NCBI GenBank assembly: GCA_002104905.1
Contig: MCFE01000253.1
Span: 49,596-113,595, forward strand
DNA from: Basidiobolus meristosporus CBS 931.73
Taxonomy: Eukaryota > Fungi > Basidiobolomycota
Reading direction: 5' to 3'
DNA: 64,000 bases
In this document: piece after piece, positions 25,001 to 40,048 of the stretch
How the letters are laid out: every line of letters begins with the position of its first letter
How positions within the stretch are numbered: the first letter of the stretch is position 1
The notes under the pieces: model-generated
What the model was told of the DNA's origin: nothing
The model's database searches: none
Seen by the model: only the letters and a program-made list of their open reading frames with translations
Position numbers and translations under genes: made by a program

Positions 25001-26681
25001 CTCTTCGGGTCGAGCCTGGGTGCCTCTACTTGGATAATCGCTTTCTTGGAGGTCTTTTTGGTTTTTTTCGCGCCTTCATTGATCAGAGTATTAGTATTGT
25101 GAATCTACGCTTCAGAAATTGGTAGCGGGCTTACTTTTCTGCTCGTGGTGAGATGACTTGTGCACGTCTAAGTTCGAAGTGGTATCGAAGAGCATATTCG
25201 TGTCGTTTAGGTCCAAGATTAGCTTAGTACAAGGGACAAAGGGCTCTTCAGGATCCCATATTATCGACTCGGTCCAGTCCCCATCTTCTACATCATAGTT
25301 GCGAAAAGAAAACACGTCGTTCAAAAGGCCTGCTTCCTTCTATGGCGGTGAATCATGAGAATGGTGTTGCATAATTGGCATGATGCGGGAATGCTCACCT
25401 GTGTTTGTGTGTCTGTGCTAGGCTCAAGTTCGACACTAATTGAAGAGCTTAGCTTGATGATTCTCATAAATCCAATAAACCCAATTGAGCGCTACCTTTC
25501 GTCGTCTTCATCTGAGGCCCATACTATTTTGTCTTCCCAGGAATCAAGCACTACGGAGTGATACATTTCAGGGACTTTGAAGTCGGCTTTCAGTGCCTCT
25601 GCTTTACTCTTTGATCCAGATCAGAAAATGCCGCTGGCAGCCGATGGTGTGCACAAATTCAGGTACCTGTATTTCCTCCGCTGCTTCCTCTGATTCAGGC
25701 AAAGGGGTGATTGAGGAAGTTTTCTCCGTAGCACTGATGCTGAAGTCGCCGAAGGATTCACGAAGCTGCTGTAGCCCATTGACGGTAATTTCGTTTTTCA
25801 GCGGTGCTTCGAATAACTCTTGATCGTCAGTTGTATATGATAGCTCTTGGGGCAAAGGCGCGGTAACTGCTAGAACACAATGAATATACACTTCGAAAAA
25901 CGCGTGCTTTTGATGGCCAGTTGGAATTCTTACTCTTCTTAGGCTTGTAGTACCGCTTGGGTATTTTGATGGCAAATAGCTCTGAGAATTTCAAGATCTT
26001 GTCTTTTTCGAAAGCAGGATATAGCACCTTGACATCTATAGGTGGTTGCTCAACTTCGGTAGGTTTGGATTGCTTCATTAGTTCCGAAGGCGCAATGGTT
26101 GACATTGCGGGCTCTTGTGTCATCTGGATCTCGGCCAGTGAGATGGTTTGTTTGTTTTCCACGTTGGAGTTGTCCGCGTCGTAATCATCATCGAGATCAC
26201 TACTCACGTTTGAAAACCGAGACAGTTTGCGTAAATTCCCGTCGCCAGAGTCCACGGCTTTCATGCCGCGTTGGAAATATTTATTAGAAAACATCTGATC
26301 GTCCGCGGGCTCATTAATATCCGAGTAATCATCAGCGGGCTCGTTAAAATCTGAGTAATCAACAGCATCCTCGACATGCTTTACTTGATCTGTGGAATCT
26401 TCTACATCAGTCACGTCCGCCTCCGATGCAACCTCACTTTTATCATATCCATCCTCTTGATCAAGGCCAAGCGAGCTGACTGAAAAAAACTGATCTAATA
26501 GACGGCTATCTCCATCCTCGGCAACTTTCTCTAGACTTTCTCTCAGTTCCTGGCATTCAAAGAAACGATCAAAACATATTCGTAAAACTTCTCAAAAGCG
26601 TATAGTAACCTTATCTAAATCAGTATTGTCGAGATGACCCTTTTCATCAATGTTTCCAAATAGATAGCCAGCGAAAGACAT
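22041..26681 (-). CDS. TAF1: TFIID subunit 1 (fungal type, no bromodomains), multi-exon
   Basis: MSFAGYLFGNIDEKG; LYNNLMRAPLF; QTYPVQEVPGPHSRK; TPEMVCLYESM; EQLAPWITTRNF; C-terminal CGNCGQLGHMKTNKKCP knuckle. Confidence 0.95.
26301..26360 (-). repeat. 30-bp tandem duplication inside TAF1 (DYSDFNEPAD/DYSDINEPAD)
   Basis: Two adjacent 30-bp units, 26301-26330 and 26331-26360. Confidence 0.85.
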
Positions 26682-27169
26682 CGCCACTCTCTAAGTAAAC
26701 TGTGGAAGAAAAGTGAATAACAAAAAATGCAAGCGCACAAGCTCTGTGACTAGTTCTTAAATATATTCCTGAGCTACAAGACCAACTCGAGGCAGGAACG
26801 CGCATAGGGTTAGTAAATTTTTGTTGATTAAATTGGTCAACATTCATTGGTGATGATCTACTAGCGAATGTCTGATGATAATGCTTTTGTTGCCGAGTGT
26901 GAGTAAGCTATTGGTCAGAAACACCGGCAAACATACAACAATGTTGGATTTCCTGCGGAGCGTAGAGTTTATTCACCCAGTGGTCTGCCCGTCTCCCCGG
27001 GAATCACGAGGAGTGGTCAGAAAGGTCAGTTAAATTACAACTCTAGGGAATGTCAATCAAGAGAAGAAAATCACTGAAATTTGGGATAAATAGGGTACTT
27101 CGTCAACATACAGAGCATTCACCCAAAGGAAAATCGAGTGCAGCCACAATTACTCTCTGTGGTGTCAGG

Positions 27170-30100
27170 CTACGAAGTCTTCCTCCGCTTCGAGTGACTG
27201 CCACTAAACAGTAGATCATGGTCAGAATCATCTTCGATTTCTAACTCAAAAAGATTATCGTCGGGGTCAGCAGTTTGATTTCGTGGTGGAGTTGGGGGCC
27301 ATTCTGCGCTGTTCAGAGTAGCAAACTCTTCCTCTGCTGGATGTTCGGGTGATTCGGATGTTGGTGTAGGTTGACGTGGGAAAAGAGGGGGTTTCTGAGT
27401 GTTGGGGCCTTGATGGTTTTCAGTCGTGTCGTCTTGGCTGTGTTGTTGACTTGCGATTTCGGGACTAGAAATCAGGTGATTCAAGCCCAATCGCCTCAAG
27501 ATCACTTTTTCTGTGGTTGAACCAAAGTTTGAACGAGCCCTAATCGTAACAACTAGAGTACACAATACCTTGTTTGAAATATTCCTCCTCCGGGTCTTTG
27601 GGGAATGCAGCATGGAGTGTACTCGTTGGCCCTAGCAACGCTGAGCTTTGCATGGAGGCCTCTAGCAAGGTCACAACTACAACTGCATCCATAATCGTCA
27701 CTTGGTCTGAAGAGCGTAAGCGTGCATGTGCTTGAGAAAGACGGATTAAACTTTCAAGCAATCGGATGGTTGTCCGAGCCGCATTACGCGAATCGGTTTG
27801 TCTTTGCATCTGGTAGTAACGTGATAGAACCAGCTCACTCTCTGGCGTTAGTTTAGGCTGGAATGAAGACTTGACATATTGTATATAGGCCTGCAGCTTC
27901 TCTAGATTCCAGAGACTTCCTTGATAAGTACTATGTATGACTTTCTCTTCTGTTTCTGTTTCCAGGATGAACGAAGACACAAGCCTAAATGATGGACTAC
28001 AGCATTAGCATTCCTCCTGTTGCACGCTTCCAACTAGACTTGACATACCGATCCCACTCGTCATTTTGCGAATCGAGTAGCACCAATACCAAATCAAACC
28101 GCGACAGAAGTGGGCTGGCAAGTGCAACGTTAATCGATATGCTTTGTTCTGGATCGTATTTTCCCTTCGGATTGGTAGCTGCCAACACAGAGCAACGGGT
28201 ATTGAGTTTACACACGATACCGGCTTTAGCAATGGAGATGGCTTGTTGCTCCATTGCTGTTTTTTCATTGTTCGTTAGACAGCGCAGCAAGAATAGGCAT
28301 CTATGTTATCTACCTTCGTGAATGGCAGTTTTGTCGTGCTCTCTAATGCTTCCAAACTCATCAATACAACACAGTCCACGGTCAGCTAAAACCAATGCAC
28401 CGGCTTCCAACTGCCACTCTCCGCCATCCTGTCCAAATTCTAAGTCTTTATGTTTTCCAGCTACAGACGACATTTAACTTACTCTAACTGCAGTCACCGT
28501 CAGCCCAGCGCTTACATGGTTGAAATATAAACGATAAGTTGGTTGGCTTTGGAGTAAGAGACAGCGAGTTCTATGCTTTTACCTGCTTGAACCAATTCCA
28601 GTAGTAAGAATTGACCGAGGCACTAATTTAGCAGCATACTTTAAGAACTGGGATTTCCCCGTTCCCGGGTCGCCGACAAGTAATAAATGAGATTCACCGC
28701 GAACTTTCAGACCAGATTTATCCACTTTTTGAACGCCCCCAATCAAGACGAGCATCACAGCTAATTTCACGACGTAGAGGCCAAACACTTGTGGGCAGAA
28801 GCTTGCTAGAATATTATTTCTTTCAGGATGTGACATCGCATGTTAGAGCTAGACCGACAATCGATGAGGTCTGGTGACTGATATACCTTCCTATAGAAGC
28901 AGGTCTTAGTATCGATCGCTTTCTGAACTCGCACCTTGAATGCACTCTTAGCTGCCCGTACCTGTCATCGGTTTTTCATCATGCACGCTCCAATACGCTT
29001 CGAACTCTGCTTTCAACTCATCTGTTACTCCGACTCCTACACGCTGCTCATTATGAATGAATACATGGTTGGCAAAGAGAATAAGCTCGATATCGCATCT
29101 CTCATTGCTAATCATATGTTTCCAACGACGCATGACTATCCCACTAGATCGGAAGAACCGGTGTTGGTAATAAGATATGCTGTCAATGCTCGCAAAACAA
29201 CTCATACGTTATCGTCACATCATCGCCAGATTTTGCTAGGTCTACGAGGTCATCTTTCAGGACTACAACCATGGACTTTGGAATGTAATATACGAGTTAA
29301 AGATTCTTGTTTGTTGGGTCGAACGAATTCTGGAAGGAATAAAAAGGATATAGATCCGATAGCAAGCTTATTCACTTGCTCTTGAATCTTGATCTCTTGA
29401 TAATCCTGGCATGATTCAGGCATGTCGCCTAAACAACTGAAAATCAGTATGCAAATAAACACCAATGCAAATGTAATATGAGGCTGTTGCGACAAAACCC
29501 CCCAACATACCAGCCTGTAGGGATACGGTGTTGAACTTTGTAGAGTTACAAACGATGCCCTCGGAGGGGGCCATACATTTCAAAGGTTTTGGCACCGTGT
29601 TGAACTGCTCTACATCGGATTGTACCGAAAACACTTTTTTACATTTACCACACTCATACTGCCTCTCACTCTCTAACATTTTCGTTATCCCCGTCCTAGT
29701 ATTCCCTATTAATTTAGCGCTACAATGTCGAAGTAATGTTGGTGCACTTGCCTAATTACTGTTCCAGAGATAGACAATAACCGTCCAATATCCTCCGATC
29801 CCGGGATGACTGTGCGAACAAGCTCAGGACAGTGAGGTAAACTAATAAAAACATTGATTAAGTAGGATGCCTTTGAGTGACAAACAGCATTTCCCTTTAG
29901 CGTGGCCTCACGTTACCTCATTACTCTGGCATGACAGTTTGATTTCTGTGACATGTGGGAGCGAAGAGAGTGCGTTTTCAGGTAATATCCTTGAACGACT
30001 TGGATCGCCCGATCAAGGATAGGTATAAATACAGTCGGATTCTGGATAAGAATGTGACCCAAATCACTATTTGATTCCAATAGATCAACCATACTAGGAC

Positions 30101-30339
30101 GGCGCTTTAGTGTTTTAGTGGACGGGGTAATCTTTCTGCAAAAAATATTACTTTATGACTATAGAATAGTGAAGAGTGGTGTCTTCGGCGAACAGACAGT
30201 TCAGTATGTCGTCTTCATTACGTGCCATTAGCTCAGTTGCAAATGCAGCTAACAGATAACTCCACATAAGTATACGAGATTCAACACATCGTATCAGAAA
30301 ATGTAAAACCTTCATATTCCTCCTCAGTAGTTTTTTCAT
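27170..30339 (-). CDS. MCM9: MCM9 helicase, multi-exon (start approximate)
   Basis: [84 protein letters not shown]; Zn finger CGKC. Confidence 0.9.
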
Positions 30340-30851
30340 GAATTAGTTGAGATTGTGAAGGAAGCTGTATCTCTAACATAACGTCTGTGAAGCTTAATGG
30401 CTACTTGACAATCTATTTCTTTGTAATATTGATATTGTTACAAGTGAAAGAATATGAGGGTCGAATATCACTAATACTACTTAGTTGGGTCAAGATAACT
30501 GTCACTTTGGAATCATGCACCGCAGCTCCTCACAAACAGAAGTGCCTAACCAAAAGACAAGTGATCCAATAAATAAACATCACAATTACAAGTAAAGTTA
30601 TATGTATATAAAATCAATATTTTAATCACCTAACTAAACCAACACTACTTTATGAAATGCACTAGATAAAATTAAAAAATCCACCTGGAAAATCATAAAT
30701 ACTGATGATTCTGTTTCGTGATGAGATGAAAAAGAAAAAAAAATGCTTAAGCTGTAGAGCAGCGAAAGAAAAAAATAATTAACATAATAAACGGGATTAA
30801 AATTACCAAAGCTTGGACAATTGAAGGGTCGTGAGTTATAATTTCGTAGGA

Positions 30852-33800
30852 ATGGTTAAAGCTTATCTTCGTTACGAACCACAAGCCGCTTTTGGTGTCA
30901 TTACCAGTTCCACCTCGAACGCAGTTTTTGATGCTGAAGGAAAATTTGCGGTCGCACCTGCTTTGGAGGATGTGATCGTATGGGACCTTAAGAAGGGTAT
31001 CCAGGTATTTTGATTCTTATATTGGGCTCAGTGAAGCGACTCTTTTTCTAACGCTTCTGTTTACCAATCTACTTTCACTCGGCCCGTAGGTTAGTAGATG
31101 GCACGATGTTGATAACAAATCTGAGGTATCCGCCATAGCCCGTAGCCCTAATGGAACTGATTACGCCGTGGGGTATGAAAATTTGCACCATTTCACGTCT
31201 TATTTCACTGTCTAAGATACCGCTCGTGGTAAATCTAGTTATTCCGACGGCTCAATTCGTATTTGGAACTTGAAAGACGGAACTCCTTCTATCACTTTTA
31301 ACGGTCATAAGGGAGAGGTGTCTGCCCTTACTTTTGACAAGTCGGGAACCAGACTAGCTTCCGGATCAAAAGATACTGATTTGATTATTTGGGATGTCGT
31401 TGGTGAAGTTGGTCTATACAGGTTTGTGAATGCAGCCAAATATCATTAACAACCAGCTAACTCACCGTGTTGTTAGATTGAAGGGTCACAAGGATATGAT
31501 TACCTCCCTGAAATTCATGACCAGAGGTGGCTCCCGTACAAACGATTCGGTCAACACCGCCGGATATTTGCTTTCTTCCTCCAAAGACACACTTGTCAAG
31601 CTATGGGACTTGGCTACCCAGCATTGTGTTGAAACCCTTGTTGCACATCGCAGTGAAGTTTGGTCTTTCGATCTCACTGAAGACCAAAAGATGTTGATCA
31701 CCGGTGGCGGTGACAACGAGCTACGTGTATGGAGAATTGACCAAGATATTCTCGATCAAGGAATCATCGAGTCATCGGAGAATGAGGTAAGCAAGGATAA
31801 GAGAGCCCCGTCTACATCAGCTATATACTCATTTACGCTGAAATAGATGAAGAAGGCATTCTCCCTCTATGGGCCTGTGTATCGCCAGAGTAAAGAGCGC
31901 GTGGTGACCATCCAAATCCACCCTTCTGGTGATCTGATGGCTTGTCAGGTAAGGCATGGTTAATGTAGGTTAAGACGTAGTGCTTTGTTAACGAATTTGC
32001 GTCAGTGTGCCGACAAAACAATCGAAATCTTCCGAATCAGATCACAAGAAGAGCTCCAAAAGAAGCTCCACCGTCGTATGAAGCGCCAGAAGGAAAAGAT
32101 GAAGAAGGCTGGTAAAACGGAAGATGAAGAGCCGGAGGTGCCAAAGATTCAAGCCTCTGACGAAGTCACCTCATACCAAACTATTCGCACTGCCGCTAAA
32201 CTTCGCTCCATTGATTTTTCGCCACAGTTCAACCTGGAGAAGAATAAGGCGGTTCACATTCTCGGTTCTCTCACAAACAACGTCCTGGAAATGTACTCAA
32301 TTACGCTTCCATCTAAGAGTAAGACAGAGACTCCTACCGAGCCATCAACTGTGTACACAGTCGACCTCCAAGGTCATCGATCTGATGTGAGAACCCTCGC
32401 ACTGAGCTCTGACGATGAGCTTTTGTGTTCCGCCTCTAGTAATCTACTTAAAATCTGGAACGTCAAAACTAATGCATGCATTCGTTCGATCGAGTGTGGG
32501 TACGCGCTTTCTGCCGCTTTCCTCCCAGGTAACCGTCATGTGGTGATTGGTACCAAGACTGGAGAGTTGGAAATCTTCGACATCAATGCATCCTCCATGA
32601 TAGAATCCATCGCTGCCCACGAGGGTGCAGTCTGGTCTATCACCATCCGCCCAGACAGAAAGGGCCTCGCAACTGGCAGTGCAGATAAGGATGTCAAGTT
32701 TTGGGACTTCGATGTTGCCGAGGATGAAGCGGAGAATGGCGTCAGACGCCGACTTACCCTGGTGCATATGAGAACCCTCAAAATGTCCGACGATGTTCTT
32801 TGCGTCCGTTACAGCCCCAACCAAAACCTGATTGCCATTTCATTGCTTGACACCACCATCAAGGTCTTCTATCACGATACTCTGAAGTTCTTCCTTTCCC
32901 TTTATGGCCACAAGCTCCCCGTTCTCTCGATGGACATTTCGTCGGATAACAATCTGTTGGTGTCCTGCTCTGCCGACAAGAATGTGAAGCTCTGGGGTCT
33001 TGATTTCGGTGATTGCCACAAATCCATCTTCGCTCATCAAGACAGCATTATGAGTGTCCAATTCGTCTGGGGAACGCATTATTTCTTCACTGCCGGTAAA
33101 GACAAGCTGGTGAAGTACTGGGACGGCGATCGATTCGAGAATATCATGAAGCTTGAGGGACATCACAGTGAGGTGTGGGCTATTGCAATTGCCAAGCATG
33201 GAAACTTTGTTGTTTCCAGTTCGCATGACCGCTCGATCCGTATCTGGGAGAAGACTGAGGAGCAATTGTTTTTGGAAGAAGAGCGTGAGAAGGAACTGGA
33301 GGAGTTGTATGACTCAACTCTTGCCAATTCTATGGAAAAAGCAAATATCGAAGATGGTGAGGATGTGGAAGAGATGGCTTCGGCTGGTAAGCAAACCATG
33401 GAGACTTTGAAGGCTGGTGAAAGAATCATGGAGGCAATTGAAATCGCCGACGAGGAGAAGGCTCAATGGAGGGTGTATGAAGAGGTAAGTCAACCCACAA
33501 GATCAGCGCCGAAATCCTATTTCTAAACCTGCTGTTTCTAGTCTCTCGCCAAGGGTGAAAGAATCCCACCACCACCACCCAATCCTCATTTGGTTGCCAT
33601 GGGTAACTTGACTCCCGACCAGTACGTCCTGCGTACTGTTGAGAAAGTCCGCTCCAGCGACCTCGACGAAGCATTGCTGGTCCTTCCATTCAAGCAAGTT
33701 ATCTCATTGTTCTCTTACCTGGACACATGGTCTGAAAAGGTACGATGCTTGTATTTTAACCCACCTTTCAGACATTTTACTTATTTTCGTATCAGAACTG

Positions 33801-34086
33801 GAACCTTCCTTTGACTTGCCGAATCCTGTTCTTCTTGCTCAAGGTCCATCACCATCAAATCGTCTCGAACCGTATCATGAGACCTATGATGGATTCTCTT
33901 CGGAAGCATTTGAGAGCCGGACTTCAAAAACAGAAGGATAACATCGGATACAACACTGCTGCCTTGAAGTACGTCCGTCGTGACTGGGAGGCCAACAACA
34001 CGGCTGACTTCTTTGACGAGGAAAAGATTGAAGAGGCTAAGGGCGAGGTGAAGAAGAGAAAATTCGTTGGCCTTAGCGCTGCTTAA
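30852..34086 (+). CDS. DIP2/UTP12: U3 snoRNP WD40 protein, multi-exon
   Basis: [17 protein letters not shown]; many WD40 repeats; [19 protein letters not shown]; C-terminal Utp12 domain ([10 protein letters not shown]). Confidence 0.95.
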
Positions 34087-34674
34087 ATCCACCTTTACAA
34101 TTTTTCACGTTCAATATTTTAATCATCCAAGCCCCGTCATCTGTCAAATATCACAGTTTTTTATAGAGAAACCATTGAACTATCTTGGTCACTACAAACA
34201 TAGAAAAAACTAAAAGGCGCCACCTTGAATTCTTCTGAACCTTCGTATGACCTATTTCCCGACATTCTATTCTTCGTTTGACTAGTGATATTCCGTGTTC
34301 TAGAAAGGTGGTCCTCTCACACTCTTTCTAGATGAGTTTAGTTGTTGCAAGCGAAGTATATTTTAATAAATAGTTTGGACTTAGTAAACCTACATTAAAT
34401 GCCTGCAATAATAGCTGGCTGGAGTGGGATCGCGACTTGGCAATCTACATTCGCGATTGCAACATCATGACGCGGTTTGTCCACCTATCCAATGGATGAG
34501 AAACGGCGCAATTATTTGATTCCCCCGATTGAAGGGGAAAAGTCAAACATTTATCACTGGATGGAGTTGCGGAATAATTCTAGATTACTCAGCCTACTTA
34601 ATAGATTCCTACAGCACATTGATTAACTTGTAGCCATTTCTTGGTAGCAGTATTTAGAATATCCTCTTGACCAT

Positions 34675-36018
34675 ATGACGTTCGAATCGGAACCTTTACT
34701 TGAGAGCAAGGAATTGGCAGAGTTTAGAAAGCAATGGAAAGAGGAAGTGGAGGCTGGTAAGCGCGCGCATCAGGCTCCTTCAACAGTGCCCCCTGTGCAA
34801 AAAGCCAAAGAAATTCCCCAAGACGCTGGCCTCGAAACCGAAATAGGGACAGAGAGTCAGGGTCCTTTTGAGAGCGCAACTTCTCATGCCCAAACATCCC
34901 CTCCAGACGCCCTTGAATACTACCTAAGAGCAGTGGCCAATGAGAGACAGGGAAACCTAAACGCAGCGCTTATAAACTATCGACAGGCATTTAAGTTAAA
35001 TTCAAATGTGGATGCTCTTTACAAGCAGCACTACCAAAACCAGCTTCTGACAGAAACGCAGAAAGCCAATGCTGAAACGAAGGAGGATTTCCTTTTTGAA
35101 CGTCACATACAAATAGGCGAGGATTACGAAGCCATACATGCAGAGCACCCCAACGCAGAGGAATTTGAAGATCCCCTTAACGATCTGTTGCAAGACATGA
35201 AACAGTTGACCTTATCATATAGCCCTCTTAATCCTGATAAACCAGTGCCTATAGCTATTCTTCCCGACGAACTTGTGCTGGTGCTGTTCAAGAACCTAAT
35301 CCTTCGGGATATTCAGTCTATTGGAAGATTGGCCAGGTCATGCAAGAAATTCTTAATGTTATCTAGAGATAGTGCACTATGGAAGTTTGCTTGCCTGGTG
35401 ACCTACAAGGATCCACTGGACAAAGAGAAGCATCTGTTGCAAAAGTACCACCAGAGCTGGAGACAGATGTACATTGACCGACCCAGGCTTCGTTTAGACG
35501 GTGTATACATTTCTACATGCTACTATCTGCGGTAAGGAGATCTATGGGTGTATGCTTTGGTTTGGATATCTAACTCTCCACATTCGAACACTAGACCCGG
35601 AAGTTCGGAGAGCTCATGGCAAAGTCCAATCCACATGGTTACTTACTATCGATACTTGCGATTCTTCAACGATGGCACGTGCATCAAGCTTCTCACCACT
35701 GATGAGCCAGGCCACGTTGTCAAGAACTTCAAGACTACCTACAAAGGTAAGGGTTTTATGAGTGGAACGTACAGGTGTTCAGGAAACAGCATTATGATCG
35801 AGGTGAAGGATCGCCACAGGTTGAAAAATACGTTTTTCCTCTCGCTGAATCTGAAAAGCACTACCCGTGGCAAGCATAACAAACTTAGTTGGAATGATTA
35901 TTACTCCGAGGACTCCACGCGGAATTTCGAGCAAACACAATACTCGCTCAAGCATTTTAAGAGCTTCTTCTTCTCTCGTGTTAGATCTTATAACCCAATG
36001 CAACACATCTCGATATAG
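34675..36018 (+). CDS. FBXO9/HRT3: TPR/F-box protein, one intron (~35532-35594)
   Basis: AVANERQGNLNAALINYRQAFKL; F-box ILPDELVLVLF; RPRLRLDGVYISTCYYLR; VTYYRYLRFFNDG. Confidence 0.88.
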
Positions 36019-36598
36019 TCGGGTTGAGTAAAGTGTAAAATCCACCATTCTTCTGTTCTTATGTCACAATAATGAATGCTCGATATACCCTGAGATGGAA
36101 TGGATTTGGGACAGTGTGGCCTCAGCACAGCAATGGAGTATACGCATACACACTAAATCGGAGAGTACATATAATCCCAACGATGATGCCTCCTCACAAA
36201 GCATCCTCTATTTCCACTATCTTTAATACACACGTAGTAGTAATGTGACTTCTAAATTGTCCAATTCACTAATAATCAACAAACAAACAATTGGTTGATT
36301 ATCTAGTCTAACCATGATTTATTTCTGATTTGTGGAAACAAATAGTAATCCTCGTGTATTTAGTGATTAGTTTTCCTACCTGTTGTTGTGACCTTCACTA
36401 ATGCTACCAACTAAAGTATGTATACTTGGACGTACTCTTGCAGTTACGGGTCGATTCTTACATGGCGTACTTTTTCTTTAGAGGAAAGCTAGAGAAAAGA
36501 AAGAGGCCGATCTAGAGTTTAGGTAATTATTTCCGCTTGTTGTCTTTCAATTCGCAGAGAGACTGCAAAGGAAAGCCTCCCTCGAATATAACTGAAAA

Positions 36599-39347
36599 TT
36601 GAAAATAAATCGACCCTTGGGGATTAGTTGTAGCCAGCCTGTACCGCAAGCCAACAAGATCATTGATTTAACAGAAAGCACCTATGACGATTTTGATCTC
36701 GTGTACTCCTCTCGAAAGCCCAGTATCTCGTCTAGGCCAAAGCGTAAAGCCACTTACAAGCCCATTAGTAAAGTAAGTTTGATGTCTAACGAGTGTTGTT
36801 AAACTTTGAATTTTGTTCGAAATCTCACGAATTATTTCGAATGTAGCCAAAGTGGAAAATTCCAACCTCGGATAAGCAGATTAAAACCACCTCAAAGAAT
36901 AAAAGTGAGAAAGACCATTTGAAAAAGGGATTATAATATGTGAAGTAACTTCTCTGCTATTACTTAGTACATTCCTCTATCCCTTTATGGGAGAAATACC
37001 AGCCAAGAAGCGAGGTCAGTAGAAGTACAAATCTAGTTCCCCATATATTCACCAAATTTGCTCATCACGTACCGCTAATAATAGGAAGATATCGCCGTTA
37101 GTAAGAAGAAGGTGTCTCAGGTTAAAAGCTGGGTCAATAGCGCCTTAGATCCGGCAACCTCACAACTGGTACGTGTAAGTTCGCATCCTACTTTGGTCTA
37201 TATACACTTCACTAAATCTCATTAAGAATCGCATGTTGGTACTCACTGGACCACCTGGGGCAGGAAAAACTGCGGTCGTAAAGCTACTATCAGAAGATGT
37301 TTGCTTTGAGATTATCGAATGGATCAATCCTATATGGTTTAGTCAAGGAGATGTGCATGTGGATGGTACTTTCGATGCTACAATCCATCTTATCTCCATT
37401 GTCCATAACTCGATTACTTCTGTAGAGTCCAGCCGGGCTATCGAGGCTTTTGAAGAATTCTTGGTGAGATCCAACAAGTATCCAGCATTATCCCTCCAAG
37501 AAGAGACACCTTCCACGTCTCATAATGAATCACAAAGAAAAATGGTTGTTATTGAGGATATACCACTTTTAACATCTTCCACAACCAAGCAACACTTTCA
37601 CCGTGCACTTGAAAAATACATTCTCTCTCCTCGATTCCATTACCCGTTAATTCTGATTATCAGCGATACATACACACGTAGCGATGCTGACAGCTATAAA
37701 GGACGATACCTCCAAGACTTCACTAGTGTTTCTACGATAATTCCCGCATCGATACTAGCATCTCCATTCGTGCAACGTATAAGGTATTAGCATCTCCCGT
37801 AATTCTACATTGTCTAATTATTCACGGCCACTACCTTCATGTCTAGCTTTAATCCTATAGCACCTACATTCCTCAAGAAAGCCCTCAAACAAATTGTGGA
37901 TCTGGAGTACTCCCAGAGTCAGCAGCAACTAACTGCGAAAGATGTAGAAGCTATTGTGGCGCAAAGTAATGGCGACATCAGAAATGCGCTGAATGGGTTA
38001 CAGTTCTTATGCCTTGGAGATCATATCCCAGAAGCAATAGGGCCTTTGGTTAAAAACTCAAAAGGAAAGGCCAAATTCGACAAGTCTAAAGATCCTAATA
38101 GGTTGGTGAATTTAATTTGATCAAATTGGCATTGTGTTGACAGCAACTTCAGCGTTCCACTATTTTCCAAGGAGTCAAACCTCAATTTGTTCCACGCTAT
38201 TGGGAAAATTCTGTATAACAAACGTAATACCTTCATCACTAGCGTTTACTCTTTTGAGTGGTATTGACCTCTCAGTACATCCAGGTGTCGATCATTCAGC
38301 AGGCCTAGGATCGAAACAAACCAAAAGATGGGCACTTCCAGAGCATTTGAAGCGGCATGCTCGTCTGGAGCAAGAATCAAACCCCGATGTAAGCATATTG
38401 TCTACCTTGGCGCATCCCATTGACGTATCCTGATATTGGTAACCACCTAGATTGTCCTCGAGCAAGTGCCAGTTGATCCGGACGTCTTTACATCATTCCT
38501 ACATCAAAATTACTTGAGCTTTTATAGTGACATTGATGAGTGCGTCAATGCTTCTGAATATATGAGCTCAGCTGACTATCTGATAGGTAGCACGAATTGG
38601 ACGGTAAAGTAACCTTCATTCTAATGGGAATATATCCGATGAAGCTGATGCGGAAGTCTCGTCAACAGAGTGGCCCAACGCTTAATAGATATGCGGCAAT
38701 GATGACTACTCGCGGATTAATGTTTTCATCCACCACTGCGGCTCGATTCAAACCCTTCTACAAACCAGAGTTATGGGCGGTCAACCGGTGTGCTCGTGAA
38801 TTCCAGGAGAACATGGCCTCGCTGCAGATGCTGATGCAGCGGTCTGGTAACATAGCCAGTTAAGTCCCACACAGTTGACAACTCCAACAGGAGCTATGCT
38901 AATGCGACCTCACAATAATCCCAGATTTGAAAGATGAGAGAGCATTGGAACTAGAAATCGGGCCCTACCTGTCACGCATGCTCCAGCAGTCCGCATTAAC
39001 CTCAGCAGCCCATCCAATCATCGACAAGCTCAACAGAGGTATATCATTGATACACAATGCACAATATCTCCATTGCTAATGCCACTGATCAATCTTCAGA
39101 AACGTTGGGATTTCTATACCAATTATCAACATTCACAAAACCATCTCAATCTGTTTACACTGAAGGCTCCCGTCTGGAAGATGACCCTTTCAGCATGGAT
39201 GTTCTAGAAGAATCAAAAGAGAAATTTATTAGGGAAATCAAGAAAGTAGTGCCACTAGGTCCACCACCAGCACCAGCTATCAGAAAACCAAATATCAGCA
39301 ACAACTACGGGCCCATATCTGATGATGACATAGAGGATTTCGACTAA
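36599..39347 (+). CDS. RAD17/RAD24: Checkpoint clamp loader, multi-exon (5' end unresolved, may start further upstream)
   Basis: EKYQPRSE, DIAVSKKKV, LTGPPGAGKT, FNPIAPTFLKKAL, GDIRNALNGLQF, LFHAIGKILYNK. Confidence 0.9.
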
Positions 39348-39511
39348 TTGTTAGAGTAATTAAAGAGCTTTGAACTCGACTTGGAATTTTTGAGGTTGTT
39401 GAAATTTATTTTCTTGTAGCCAGTACACTTGGGTTTTCCTACCACAAAACTAGCCATCTCGATTGATGTTTTACGAGCACGACGGTGTGCTTTAGCGAAG
39501 GTGAATCACGT

Positions 39512-40048
39512 CTAGTTCTTCTTGAGAGCAGCGATTTGCTTGCCGACGATGTTACGACGTTGCTTTCTCAACTTCATGAGCTTGAAACGATCGAAGTCAG
39601 ACAAGGCAGCACGCTTTTCACGAGCAGCAAGCTTTTGAGCCCAGGTGCTCTTCTCCCAGAGGGCAATGATCTCTTGCTTCTCAAGAGCCTTCTTAAGAGC
39701 TCCGGAACCAACACTGCGGGGGAGAGACTTGACAACCAAAGGAGTCAAGGTAAGACGGCGGTAGGCGTGAGCGTGACGAGCGACACCAGTAGTAGGGCCA
39801 TCGACAATAGCCTACAGGAGCAGAATAAGTACACTCGTCGATTACGAAGCAATGCGGCTAATACGTACTCTGTTGTGGTCCAAAATCTCAACAATCACGG
39901 CGAGCTTACCAGCATCGGCACCGCTGTTGAGCAAGACTACTCTGCCAACTTCGACAATACGCTTGAAAGAATCTTGCTATCGATGGATACGAAGTGGTTA
40001 GTATTGAGCAAATGTAAGAGCCACCATTAACTTGCTACATACAGTCAT
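39512..40048 (-). CDS. RPL14: 60S ribosomal protein L14 (eL14), two introns
   Basis: Spliced MT|[16 protein letters not shown]...[12 protein letters not shown]|AIVDGP...[21 protein letters not shown]. Confidence 0.96.
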
